DNA from: Isurus oxyrinchus
Lineage: Eukaryota
Direction of reading: 5' to 3'
NCBI GenBank assembly: GCA_026770705.1
Contig: JANJGN010000040.1
Coordinates: 8,618,001-8,682,000 of the forward strand
DNA: 64,000 nt
Below are positions 51,331-63,165 of the stretch, piece by piece. Position 1 is the first letter of the stretch. Each line of letters starts with the position of its first letter. A program made the translations under genes and the position numbers. Below the pieces are notes generated by a model. The model did not search any database. It was not told the origin of the DNA and saw only the letters and a program-made list of their open reading frames with translations.

Positions 51331-53219
51331 CACACACCTTCTCTCCTCAGGATCAGGGAACAAACTGAATCCACAATTGCCTCAACGAGATCGTCAAGAC
51401 GATGAACTCTTGATACTCTTTCGAGTACAAACCCGTTTCCATCTGTTTCAGATGAAGTTACATTGTTTCACAGTTTGCCATTATGAGATTTGAACTCTTG
51501 ATACTCTTTTGAGTACAAACCCGTTTCCATCTGTTATCTGATGACGTTACATTGTTTCATAGTTTGCCATTGTGAGATTTGATCTCTTGATCTTAGGGTT
51601 ACAAACCCAGTACCATAACCACTTGGCTATTTAGGCCAAGCCCAAATTTAGTTTGTAGATTAGTTACATATAATGACTAAGTAATCAAGAGCTAACAATC
51701 AACTAACCTCACATGATATTCTGCTTAATTCTAATCAATGTTGGACACTCGTATCACATGACTGGCTCTTTATTCACAGTTGCATCCTTACTTAACAAGT
51801 GAGGTACATCACATGTCCCGAGGCTTGTTCAAAGCTACATTTCTGTGTTTTAATTGTGTGAAAATGTAGTGAAGACCTTCACGGTCGGGTGAGCTAAGGC
51901 CAGGAACCGTTAACTCCACAGCCATTAACACTTATCAGTTCTACTTAAGTTACAAGGCCCTAATATATGAGGAAAACAACTGTGAGGTTACAAACTTTCA
52001 ACTCTATGTCCTAAATTAATTTAGCCTTTTAACTTGTGGTGCCTTAAAGAGAAACAGTCACTTTCTTTCAGTTTATATCACCAGCCTATGTATTGCTTTG
52101 GTTCTGTAAGCTCTGTGTAACTCTTTTGACTCTTATTACTTATGAAATATATGAATTGAATGAATCTAGCAGTATTTTAAAAGTGTATCTGGTTACCTCA
52201 TTGTTAACGTATGGATTCTTTCTGTGCACTGATTTTATACATACTCTCTAGATTTTATGTATGAAGTAACTTTGTAATTTCTGTATTAATTTAAGACTCT
52301 TTGACACTTTGTATTCTTTCAATTAACTTTGTTCCATGCACTAGCAGCCATTATAAAAACATATTCTGGCAAGCAGTTTCCTTAACCAAAACATATTCTT
52401 AGGTGCCTGTCTTAATGAGAGTTCTACAGGATACCTATTCACCAATTAGTCATTTGCAACGAGCCCAGAAATATTAATCATTAAGACTTGACACCACATG
52501 CTCTCTTATTTCAAATAAGCAGGCAAAGAACACATCGAGGGCACCCTATTATCTCTGTCAAAAGCCATGAAATTTAATTAAATTTCAGAAAATGACAGGT
52601 AATAATTGACATCATAGTGGGACGGTCAGGAGATAACAGGAAGTAGATGACCATCACCCTTAAGAAATCAATCAGTAACTGATCAGACACTGTACGAACC
52701 AGAGTTCACACTGATCATGCACATGGGCTGTGTCTGAGAAAGAGTTAATAAGCACTAGCTTCCAGTTGCCAGGCATGCAACTCAAGGAAGACAAGCAAGA
52801 AGTTAAAACACAGCAAGAGACGTTGTTGCAGTCAACGGGAGGATTGTGGGCCAGTCTTCCAGACTGAACTGACTGCATAACACTGCCTTTGTTAAGTGCC
52901 ATATTTTTGTACTTACCATGACTTACTTAAATTCTGTGAAGCTTGTCACAGTATATCCGTATGCAGCAAGATTTGTGGGTATTTTGAACTCAGGGTCCAG
53001 AACTGACACTTGAACAGTGAAAACATACATTGCAGCTGAAGCTTAGATTCAGGTCGCAGGATCCATGTCTCTGCCATGCAGCTCAGATTGCTGGCATCAT
53101 GTGTGCAGTACTCAGTACTCAAAGAGACATGCAGGCTCACATGCTGGTCCTCCAACTGGTTACTGTGATCTCTGAGGAGCTGTGCATGCAAATGACAGTG
53201 ACTGCAAGCAGCATGTTTT

Positions 53220-53960
53220 TTATTGTTATTCACAGGATGTGGGTGTCGCTGGCTGGGCCAGCATTTTTGCCCATCCCTGGTTGCCCTTGAGAAGGTGGTG
53301 GTGAGCTGCCTTCTTGAACTGCTGCAGTCTCTGTGGTGTAGGTACCCCCACAGTGCTGTTAGGAAGGGAGTTCCAGGATTTTAACCCAGCGACAGTGAAG
53401 GAATGGCGATATATTTCCAAGTCAGGATGGTGAATGACTTGGAGGGGAACTTCTGGGTGGTAGTGTTCCCATCTATCTGTTGCTCTCATCCTTCTAGATA
53501 GTAGCGATCGTGGGTTTGGAAGGTGCTGTCTAAGGAGCCTCAGTGAATTCCAGCGGTGCATCTTGTAGATGGTAAATACTACTGCTACTGTGTGTCATTG
53601 GTGGAGGTAGTGAATGTTTGTGGATGGGGTGCCAATCAAGCGGCTGTTTTGTCCTCGATGTTGTCAAGCTTCTTGACTGTTGTGGGAGCTGAACGCATCC
53701 AGGTAAGTGGGGAGTATTCCATCACACTCTTGATTTGAGTCTTGGAGATGGTGGACTGGATTTGGGGAGTCAGGAGGTGGGTTAGTCACTGCACTATTCT
53801 TAGCCTCTGACCTACTCTTGTAGCCACAATGTTTATATGGCTAGTCCAGTTCAGATTCTGATCAATGGTAACCACCAGGATGTTGATAGTGGGGGGATTC
53901 AGTGATGGTAATACCATTGAACATCATGGGGTGATGGTTGGATTTTCTCTTGTTGGAGAT
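53220..53960 (-). mobile_element. CR1-clade LINE 3' part
   Basis: ORF 53226-53561 contains KSWNSLPNSTVGVPTPQRLQQFKKAAHHHLLKG, followed by the family tail. Confidence 0.85.
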
Positions 53961-54344
53961 CTACAGTTGTATCTACAGTTCTGTCTCACGATGACAGCAT
54001 TCACTCTCTGGCCCTTGCCACTGTGCCAGTGCTCTTGCTGTTACTTGTCAGCTAGCCAGCAAGCCCAGACTGTTGCCACCCACGCCCAGCTTCTGCATCT
54101 GAAGCCAGGTCATCAATACCTGGAATTGCTTCAGCAGCTCTCTGTTGAATACTTCACTGTGTCTTGCCCTATCTCTAGCCAATTTAAATGTGCACTTCCC
54201 CTTTGCCTTCCCAATATGTTTTGTCTTCTTCCCCAACCTCCTGATTCTCATTTCTCTCCTCCTCTCATTTAATGCCAATGTACTTTGTGCACACTTTTTG
54301 CCATTTTGTTTATCTCTTTATTTGTCCATATGTTTCAGAATAGA

Positions 54345-54585
54345 AGTCTTGTAGCGCAATGGCTACAATTCCTGCCTCTGAGCCTTAAGTTCTGGGTTCA
54401 GGTCCCACACCCAGACTTGATCACCAAGAAAGGTTTGTTTATCACGTGAGTCAACCAGGTTGATTGCCTGCAAATCTTTCCAATGGCAGCTGGTAAGAGC
54501 AGGAGAGATTCCAGATCAACCATATGATGGAAAGAAATTGCATCCTCTACCATCATGATCCCCAGCTCCAGATTACAACATGCAT
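54345..54585 (+). mobile_element. tRNA-derived SINE fragment
   Basis: A-box-like TAGCGCAATGG and B-box-like GGTTCAGGTCC, with no cloverleaf. Confidence 0.55.
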
Positions 54586-54587
54586 GC

Positions 54588-55502
54588 TGTCATGAAAATA
54601 TGAAGTAATTTTCATAATATTACTGTGATTTATTGGAAAGGTAGGTTAATATTGGGGTTTGGATTAGTTTCTGTGTGGGATTATGTGTGGGGGGGGGGTT
54701 CGGGTTTTAATTGAATTATAGACAGCTGGTCTAGGTGCTTTGATGTATCTGAAGGGAAACTAGGTTTGAAATGCTAAATACATAAATATGTCTGAAGTTT
54801 TAGAATGTGAGGTGTGAAGAACATTTGCATTTTTAGAAAAACCAAAGTCATGAATTTCAAAGAGTTTGTAAGATGCTACACCGAGCCAACAGAGGTTAAG
54901 TCAAACAGTGTGTTCATATTTCCCAAAGATTACTGATAATGGGAGTATGATGGAAGATTTATATTATGGAAAATGTAAAGTTGCAAAGACAGATTGGAAC
55001 AATGGGATTTACATTAAAATGTGAGAAACCTGTATAAAACAGATGAGGTCATATGTAAGAAGAATGTTTCTAAGGTCTAACAAGTGTGAAAAGTCTCCAG
55101 CCTCTATGGACCAAGCTGCTGTTTCCAGGAACTGAAGCAAAGAGAATCCATTTTAAATATTGCTGTCCAGGGTATTGTCTGCTTTGCCTGGGTCTGTTGA
55201 AATCTATGTTGTTTTACTGTTGCCTTACCGGAGGTGCAACTGTGAGCTAGATTGATTAGGGATTCGAGGAGTTATTATAGTCGTAATTTTTAGTCCTATG
55301 TATGTGCTTAAAATTGTTTATTTTATTAATAAATGTTTAATTTAGTTTGGTAAAAACCCTCTAAGACTCGGTTGTCTTATTACTACTGAATTCAAGGTAC
55401 GCATCTCGCAATAAAAAATACAAATTGCAAGAACAGCTGTGGCAGGGTTTCAAGTTTCTGAGATTTGAGCAGCTCAGCATTTACCATCACTGTGCTGTAA
55501 TA
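54588..55502 (+). mobile_element. Probable solo LTR (~915 bp)
   Basis: TGTCATG...GTAATA ends with flanks CATGC/CATGT, a possible 5 bp TSD. Internal TATAAAA and AATAAA are present, and a second copy lies at ~24070-24945. Confidence 0.6.
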
Positions 55503-57109
55503 CATGTAAAATGCATGCAGCCCCAGCAACTAGTACTCCATGAGGGCTCAGTTGGCTGGAAAGCTGGTGTGAAACAGATTGTTGTCAACAGCACAGGATT
55601 CAATCCCCGCTCCAGCTGGGGTGGATTCAGGAGCTGCCTCTTTACCCTTCCCATAAAGAAGATTGTGATGTTGTGGGTCAGTCTGCCTTTGTGCAGAGAG
55701 CTCAAGAAGAAGCATTGGCTGCGCTGTATCTTTTTCATGCTGTTTATTTCTCCTGAAGTCCACTGAGCTCCATGTGAAATAATTCCCACTGCTGTTCTAT
55801 CTTTGCCCATTAATATTCTTTCCAGTTTATCTTTCCAAGTTGTATTCCCATCTCCTAATATTAAGCTTTTTGTATTTCTTACATTTCTGCCTTTCCTGAC
55901 TAGAATCTTCTTCAATTATTGTATAAATGTTATTTGGTTGTGGGTATTATTGCCTCGATTTTCACTGAAACTTTAATGTTCTTATCTGTCCTGCTTCATG
56001 TTAAACTCCTCGATGCAGCAGTGATTCATCTCTTGTTGGGCTTCCGAGGTTCTGGGGAAGAAATGCAGCCTGAACGCAGGGTAACTACCCAATTCCAGTT
56101 TTCAACTTTCCCGACATCTTCCTGACAAAACACTTGCTTTGAAATCTCCCATGATTTTTATGCTCTGCATTTTACTCATTCCATAGCTTTGTTTAAATAT
56201 TTCCCTCCAATGCCTTTCCATAATTATCTATCCTGTAGAATGGTATTTTTCTGTGTTATTGAACCGGGATGGTCTTCACTCTTCCTTGTGCTTCACCCTG
56301 TGTACTGTGTGGAGATAAGCTCCACAGATCAGGATCAACTCCCTGCCAGCTATTCAAATGTTTCAGATGAGTTTGTAAACTGAATGAACTAATTCAGTTA
56401 TAGAGATAGCCAGACAAAAATAGGGGGAAAAAAAAACAAGATCAATCAGATATTCCAAGCAGAACACATCAAAGGCATGTGGACATGAAGAAAACATCAG
56501 ACATCAGAGCAGGAGTGGGCTACTCCAGAGCCTGTGTTGCCACTCAGTATGATAATTGCCAATATTTTACCTTATCTCTACCTTCCTGACCTACCCCGAT
56601 ATCTCTTCCTCACCTTGGTATCCAAACATCTGTCAAATTATCTCTTGAATATACTTAATGCCTGGGATAGGAAATGCCAAAGATTCACAACCCTTTTAGT
56701 GAAGAAATTTATCTTAATCTTAGTCCATAATGGCTGACCCATAGTATAAGACTCTGTCCTGCGGTTTTACATTCCCCAGGCAGCACATGTACATAAGCTG
56801 GTGGCTATATCACCTAGTGATGATGTCATGAATTGAATCTAGGAGATGTGGAGGCAGAAGTTGCAGCAAACATTGGAATCAAAAGCAAATGTTCCTCTGG
56901 ATTTTAGCAAAATGTTGCAGTTCTTGAAGCCACCCTAATTGATATTCGGGTAGTTGAAGTCCCCGACTATTATTAGCTTACTGTTTTTGCACTCAGAAAT
57001 GTTCCTACATATTTGCTCTTCTAGCTCCATCTCACTATTTGGGGACCTATAGTACATTCCCAATGGTGTGGCTGCCCCCTTTCATATTTCTGAGCTTAAC
57101 ACATATAGC

Positions 57110-57697
57110 ATGATTTCACAGAATCTCACAGTGCAGAAGAGGCCCTTCATCCAGTCGAGTCTGCACCGACACCTGAGAAACACCTGCCCTACCTACCTAA
57201 TCCCATTTACCAGCACCTGGCCCATAGCCTTGAATGTTATGATGTGCCAAGTGCTCATCCAGGTACTATTTAAGAGGCAACCCGCCTCCACCACCCTCCC
57301 AATCAGTGCATTCCAGACCATCACAGGCCTCTGGGTAAAAAAAGTTTATCCTCACATTGCCCCTAAACCTCCTGCCCCTCACCTTGAACTTGAGCCCCCT
57401 CGTGACTGATCCTTCAACAAAGGGGAGCAGCTGCTCCCTATCCACCCTATCCATGCTCCTCATAAACTTGCACACCTCGATCAGGACGTCCTTCAATCTT
57501 CTCTGCTCCAACGAAAACAACCCAAGTCTATCCAACCTCTCATAACTTAAATTTTTCATCCCAAGCAACATCCTGGTGAATCTCCTCTGCTCCCCCTCCA
57601 GTGCAATCACGTCCTTCCTATAATGTGGTGACCAGAACTGCACACAGTACTCCAGCTGTGGCCTCACCAAGGTTCTATGCAACTCCAAAATGACCTA
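57110..57697 (-). mobile_element. CR1 LINE 3' end
   Basis: MELHRTLVRPQLEYCVQFWSPHYRKDVIALEGEQRRFTRML. Confidence 0.92.
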
Positions 57698-60600
57698 AAA
57701 AGATAAAAACAAAAAACTGCGGATGCTGGAAATCCAAAACAAAAACAGAATTACCTGGAAAAACTCAGCAGGTCTGGCAGCATCAGCGGAGAAGAAAAGA
57801 GTTGATGTTTCGCGTCCTCATAACCCTTCAACAGAACTGGGTGAATCCAAGGAGAGGGGTGAAATATAAGCTGGTTTAAGGTGTGTTGGTGGGGGGGGGT
57901 GGGGGGGTGGGGGGCGGTGGTGATCCCATCACATTCTGAGATCCACACTCAGTGCCATGCGCCGCCATATGAACACACTCGACCACTCCCTCCAGCAGCA
58001 CCGCCGTACCCTTTTTCAAAGCTGCGTGTACCCCCAGTTTCATTTTATTCTTCGGCTCATCCGACGCCTCAACAAGAAACTTTTTCTCTTTCTCTCAAGT
58101 GCTAAGGAACGCAAGGTCCAACAACTCATGGACATCAACACCCATCTAGGAACCTCCACCCCTGCTTGTCTCTCCGTCCCCAACCCATCTTCCAATCCCA
58201 GCCCCAGCCGTGTATTCACTATACCCCTGAGCTTCCCCTCTCCGATGCTGAATGTTCAGTGCTCAGCAAAGGACTTAGTTTCATACCCTTACGTCCTCAT
58301 CTCAATGAATTTCGGGCTTGGCATGATGTTGAACTCTTCTTCCGCCGTCTTCGTCTCCGGGCTCACTTCTTTGGGAAGGTGTTCACTCCCCGTTCAACGG
58401 ATCCTTTTACCCACCTCCAATATTCTCCCTCCACCTGGACCCCTCCCTCTGGATTCTTACCTTCTCTTGATCTTTTCATTGAGAACTGTCGGCGCGACAT
58501 TGGTCATCTCAATTTCTCTGCTCCTCTCACCCATTCTAATCTGTCTCTGTTTGAACTTACTGCACTCAGTTCTGTCAGGCCCAACCCCAACATTGTCATC
58601 GAACCCGCTGACAAGGGTGATGCTGTTGTTGTCTGGCGCCCTGACCTCTACCTCGCGGAGGCTGAGCGTCAACTCACAGACACTTACTCCTACCTCTCCC
58701 TGGACCATGACCCCACCACTGAAAATCAATCCATTGTTTCCAGGACAGTCACTGACCTCATCTCCTCTGGAGATCTTCCTCCCACAGCTTCCAACCTGAT
58801 AGTCACCCAACCTCAGACGGCCCGCTTCTACCTCCTACCCAAAATCCACAAACAGAACTGTCCCGGTAGACCGATCATGTCAGATTGCTCCTGCCCCACA
58901 GAACTCATTTCTCGTTATCTTGACTCCCTTCTCTCTCTCCTTGTCCAGTCCCTTCCCACCTACATCCGTGATTCCTCTGACACCTTACGTCACATCAACA
59001 ATTTCCAGTTCCCCGGCCCCAACTGCCTCCTCTTCACCATGGACGTCCAATCCCTCTACACCTCCATCCGCCACCAGGATGGTCTGAGGGCCCTTAGCTT
59101 CTTCCTCGAACAGAACCCCGAACAATCCCCATCCACCACTACTCTCCTCCTGACACTGACCTTGTTCTCACGCTGAACAATTTCTCCTTCAACTCCTCTC
59201 ACTTCCTCCAAATAAAAGGTGTGTCTATGGGTACCCGCATGGGCCCCAGCTATGCCGGTCTCTTTATGGGGTATGTGGAACATTCTTTGTTCCAGTCCTA
59301 CTCCAGCCCCCTTCCACAACTCTTTCTCTGATACATCGATGATTACTTCGGTGCTGCTTCATGCTCTCATCGTTACTTGGAAAAATTTATTAATTTTGCT
59401 TCCAATCTCCACCCCTCCATCATTTTCATGTGGTCCATCTCTGACACTTCCCCTCCCTTCCTTGACATCTCTGTCTCAATCTCTGGTGATAGACTGTCCA
59501 CCAATATCCATTACAAGCCTACCGACTCCCACAGCTACCTCGACTACAGCTCCTCACACCCCGCTTCCTGTAAGGACTCCATCCCATTCTCTCAGTTCCT
59601 TCGCCTCCGTCGCACCTGTTCTGATGATGCTACTTTCCAAAACAGTTCCTCTGTCATGTCCTCCTTCTTCCTTAACCGAGGTTTTCCACCCACGGTCGTT
59701 GACAGGGCCCTCAACCGTGTCCGACCCATCTCCTGCGCATCCACCCTCACGCCTTCTCCTCCCTCCCAGAAACATGATAGGGTCCCCCTTGTCTTCACTT
59801 ATCACCCCACCAGCCTCCGCATTCAAAGGATCATCCTCCGCCATTTCCGCCAACTCCAGCATGATGCCACCACCAAACACATCTTCCCTTCCCCACCCCC
59901 CGGCAGCATTCCGTAGGGATTGTTCCCTCCGGGACACCCTGGTCCACTCCTCCATCACCCCCTACACCTCAACCCCCTCCTATGGCACCTCCCCATGCCC
60001 ACGCAAAAGATGTAACACCTGCCCCTTCACTTCCTCTCTCCTCGCCGTCCAAGGGCCCAAACGGTCCTTTCAAGTGAAGCAGCATTTCACTTGCATTTCC
60101 CCCAACTTAGTCTACTGCATTCGTTGCTCCCAATGTGGTCTCCTCTACATTGGAGAGACCAAACGTAAACTGGGCGACCACTTTGCAGTACACCTGCGGT
60201 CTGTCCGCAAGAATGACCCAAACCTCCCTGTCGCTTGCCATTTTAACACTCCACCCTGCTCTCTTGCCCACATGTCTGTCCTTGGCTTGCTGCATTGTTC
60301 CAGTGAAGCCCAACGCAAACTGGAGGAACAGCACCTCATCTTCTGACTAGGCACTTTATAGCCTTCTGGACTGAATATAGAATTCAATAACTTTAGATCT
60401 TGAACTCCCTCCTCCAACCACACCCGCTTTCCATTTCCTCACCCTTCCTTTTGTTTTTTCCAATAATTCATATAGATTTTTCTTTTCCCACCTATTTCTA
60501 TTATTTTTAAATCTTTTCTGCCCTGCTAGTCTTTCCACCCCACCCCCAAAAGAGCTGTACCTTGAGTGCCCTACCATCCATTCTTAATTAGCACATTTGT

Positions 60601-60816
60601 TTAGATAATATCACTACCTTCAACACCTCTGTGTTCTTTTGTTCTTTTGTCTGTGACATCTTTTGATTATCTGCTCCTATCACTACTTGCCTGTCCCTAC
60701 AACCACACCACTCCCCTCCACTTCTCTCCCCCCACACAAACACCTTAAACCAGCTTATATTTCACCCCTCTCCTTGGATTCACCCAGTTCTGTTGAAGGG
60801 TCATGAGGACTCGAAA
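57698..60816 (+). mobile_element. Penelope-like element (RT + GIY-YIG), frameshifted, with inverted pseudo-LTR
   Basis: PADKGDAVV, FYLLPKIHK..PGRPI, MDVQSLYTSI, MGTRMGPSYA, YIDD and NLVYCIRCSQCGLLYIGETKR. 57808-57886 is the reverse complement of ~60738-60816. Confidence 0.93.
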
Positions 60817-61580
60817 TAAGTATAATCGCACTTTTTAAAATGAAGCCTTCCCATGGTTTGAAAAATGAAATCCCCCCCACCTACTCTTTTTAAAATGGAG
60901 TCTCCCTGCTCATTTTTCCATGAACTCTCCCTGCTCTTCGGTCTCTTATTTCAATGGAATCTCTCCACACTTTTTAAAATGAAGTTTCCCCGCTCTGTGC
61001 ACTCTTTTTAAATGAAGTCTCCTTGTTTTTTTTTTTAAAAAAAGTCTCCTTGCTCTTTTTTTAGATTAACTCTCTCCACTCTAGGTGGGGGGGATTTCAT
61101 TTTTCAAACCATGGGAAGGCTTCATTTTAAAAAGTGCGATTATACTTAATGAAAAGAGCAGGTGGGCTTAATTATAAAAGGAACGGGGAGACATAGTTAT
61201 AACAAGAGCAGGGATACTTCATTTAAAAAAGAGTTCTGAGAGTCAGAAGACGAATTTCTTTTAAAGCGCAATGAGTGGGGAGACTTCATTTTAAAAAGCC
61301 CGGGGAAACTTTGCTCTTTTTCTGATGAAGTATCCCCGCTCTCCATGGTCTTTTTAAAATGAAGTCTCCCCGCTTTCTGTGCTCTTTTTAAAGGAACTCT
61401 CCTTGCTTTTAAAAAAATTGAAGTATTCTCGCTCTATTTTAGATGAACTCTCTCCACTCTACGTGCTTTTTTTTCGATGAAGTCTCCTCGCTCTCTGTTC
61501 TTTTTAAAATGAAGTGTCACCGCTTTCTGCTCTTTTTAAAATGAAGTCTCGCCGCTGTCCATGCTCTTTTTTTAAATGAA
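60817..61580. repeat. ~20-33 bp minisatellite (GCTCTTTTTAAAATGAAGTCTCCCCGCT) with an internal inversion
   Basis: Units are forward at 60830-61080 and 61310-61580 and reversed at 61082-61310. A perfect 67 bp inverted repeat lies at 60817-60883 / 61082-61148. Confidence 0.85.
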
Positions 61581-61739
61581 TGGCAGGCCAGAAGATTGGT
61601 CAGAAATATAATGAAGGCAGAGAATTACTAATAGGTTAATCAGAAGATAGAAATTAGGGAATGAGAGCAATCTAGCTTGAAATGTATAAATGGATAGCAA
61701 GAGTTTCTGCAGATATTTAAACAGGAAAAGAAGTAACTG

Positions 61740-63165
61740 AAGTGAAGTGTCATAAATGGTGCTGAATGTTGTGTGATCATCAGCGAACATGCCCACTACT
61801 GATCTTATGGTGGGAGAAACATTATGGATGAAGTAGCTGAAGATGGTTGGACTAGAACACTGCCCTGATGAAGTCCTGCAGTGATGTCTTGGAACTGACA
61901 GGATTGACCTCCAACAACAACAATCATCTTTCTTTGTGCTAGATTAGACTGCAACCAGTGGAGAGATTTCCCCCTGATTCCCATGGCCTCCAACTTTACT
62001 AGGGATCCTTGATGTCACACTCACTCAAATGTGGCCTTGATGCCAAGGGCAGTCAATCTCTCCTCACCTCTGGCGTTCAGCTCTTTTTTCCATTTTTGAA
62101 CCAAAGCCAAAATGATATCAGAATCTCGGTGTCCCTGGCATAACCCAGGCTTGCCATCAGTGAGTGCATTATTGCTAAGCAAGTGCTGCTTGATCACACT
62201 GTTTATGACCTCTTCCATTACTTTACTGATGATGGAGAGTTGATTGATGGGGCAGTAATTGGCCAGGTTGGATTTGTCTAACTTTATGTGTGCAGGACAT
62301 ACCTTGGAAATGTTCCACATATCCAGGTAGATGCCAGTGTTGCAGCTGTATCTGAACAGCTTGGCTAGGGGCACATCATGTTCTGGAACACAAGTCTTCA
62401 GTATTATTTCCAGAATGTCTTTATGGGCCATTGCATTTGCAGTGTCCAATGCTTTCAGCCATTTCCTGATATTATGTGGAGTGAATCAAATTGACTGAGA
62501 ACTGTCATCTGTGTTGCCGAGGCCCTCAGAAGGTGGTCGAGATAGATCAGCCACTTGGCACTCTGGTTGAAGATTTTTGTGAATGCATCAATATTGTCAT
62601 TTGCAATGAAATGCTGGGCTCCTCTATCATTGAAGATGGGGATATTTGTGGTGCCTCCTCCTCCAGTGAGTTGTTTAATTGTCCACCACTATTCATGACT
62701 GCAAATGGCAGGACTGCAGGGCATGGATCTGATCTGTTGGTTGTGGAATCGCTTAGCTTTGCGTATCACTTGCTGCCTTTGCTGTTTGGCACCAGGTAGC
62801 TCTGTATTATAACTTCACCAGGTTGACACCTCATTTTTAGGTATGCTTGGTACTGCTCCTGGCTTGCCCTCCTCACTCTTCATTGAACTAAGGTTGATCC
62901 CATCGCTTGATGGCAATGGCAGAGTCGGTGGTGGAGGTGGGGATGCTGAGCCATGAGATTTCAAATTGTGTTCCAGTACAATTCTGCTACTGCTGCTGGC
63001 CCACAGCGCCTTGTTGATGTCCAATTTTGCATTGATACATCTGTTCAAAATTGATCCCATTTAGCACAGTGTTACTGCCACCTAGTACAATGGAGCACGT
63101 CCTCAATGTGAAGATGGGACATTGTCTCCACAAGGACTGTGTGGTACTCACTCCTGCCAATACTA
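61740..63165 (-). mobile_element. CR1-clade LINE RT fragment
   Basis: DKSNLANYCPINQLSIISKVME, GIRGKSLHWL, GLHQGSVL and MFADD. Confidence 0.85.

Larger units (their letters stand above)
44401..51402 (-). mobile_element. Full-length Tx1-clade non-LTR retrotransposon (7002 bp) with 13 bp TSD
   Basis: TSD TGAACTCTTGATA at 44388-44400 and 51403-51415. ORF1 has a zinc knuckle and ORF2 has APE, RT and CCHC domains. The element is CpG-rich, which suggests it is young. Confidence 0.93.
44312..51647 (-). mobile_element. tRNA-derived SINE-like element with an 88 bp tandem tail, split by the Tx1 insertion
   Basis: tRNA-like head at 51565-51636 with A box TAGCCAAGTGG and a TGT anticodon loop. Units lie at 51492-51580, 51404-51491 and 44312-44400. 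A direct repeat TTAGTTTGTA flanks the element at 44302-44311 and 51648-51657. Confidence 0.8.

Noticed and set aside
50875-51493. Poly-Q, poly-A and poly-L ORFs
   Set aside because: They are translations of the CAG-rich repeat in the Tx1 5' UTR.
44312-51580. 88 bp direct repeats read as a CRISPR array
   Set aside because: The units are contiguous with no unique spacers, there are no cas genes, and the context is eukaryotic.
51565-51636. Functional or mitochondrial-derived tRNA-Thr(TGT)
   Set aside because: The acceptor and anticodon stems pair poorly, the T-loop is mutated, and it is fused to a tandem tail with flanking direct repeats. It is better read as a SINE head.
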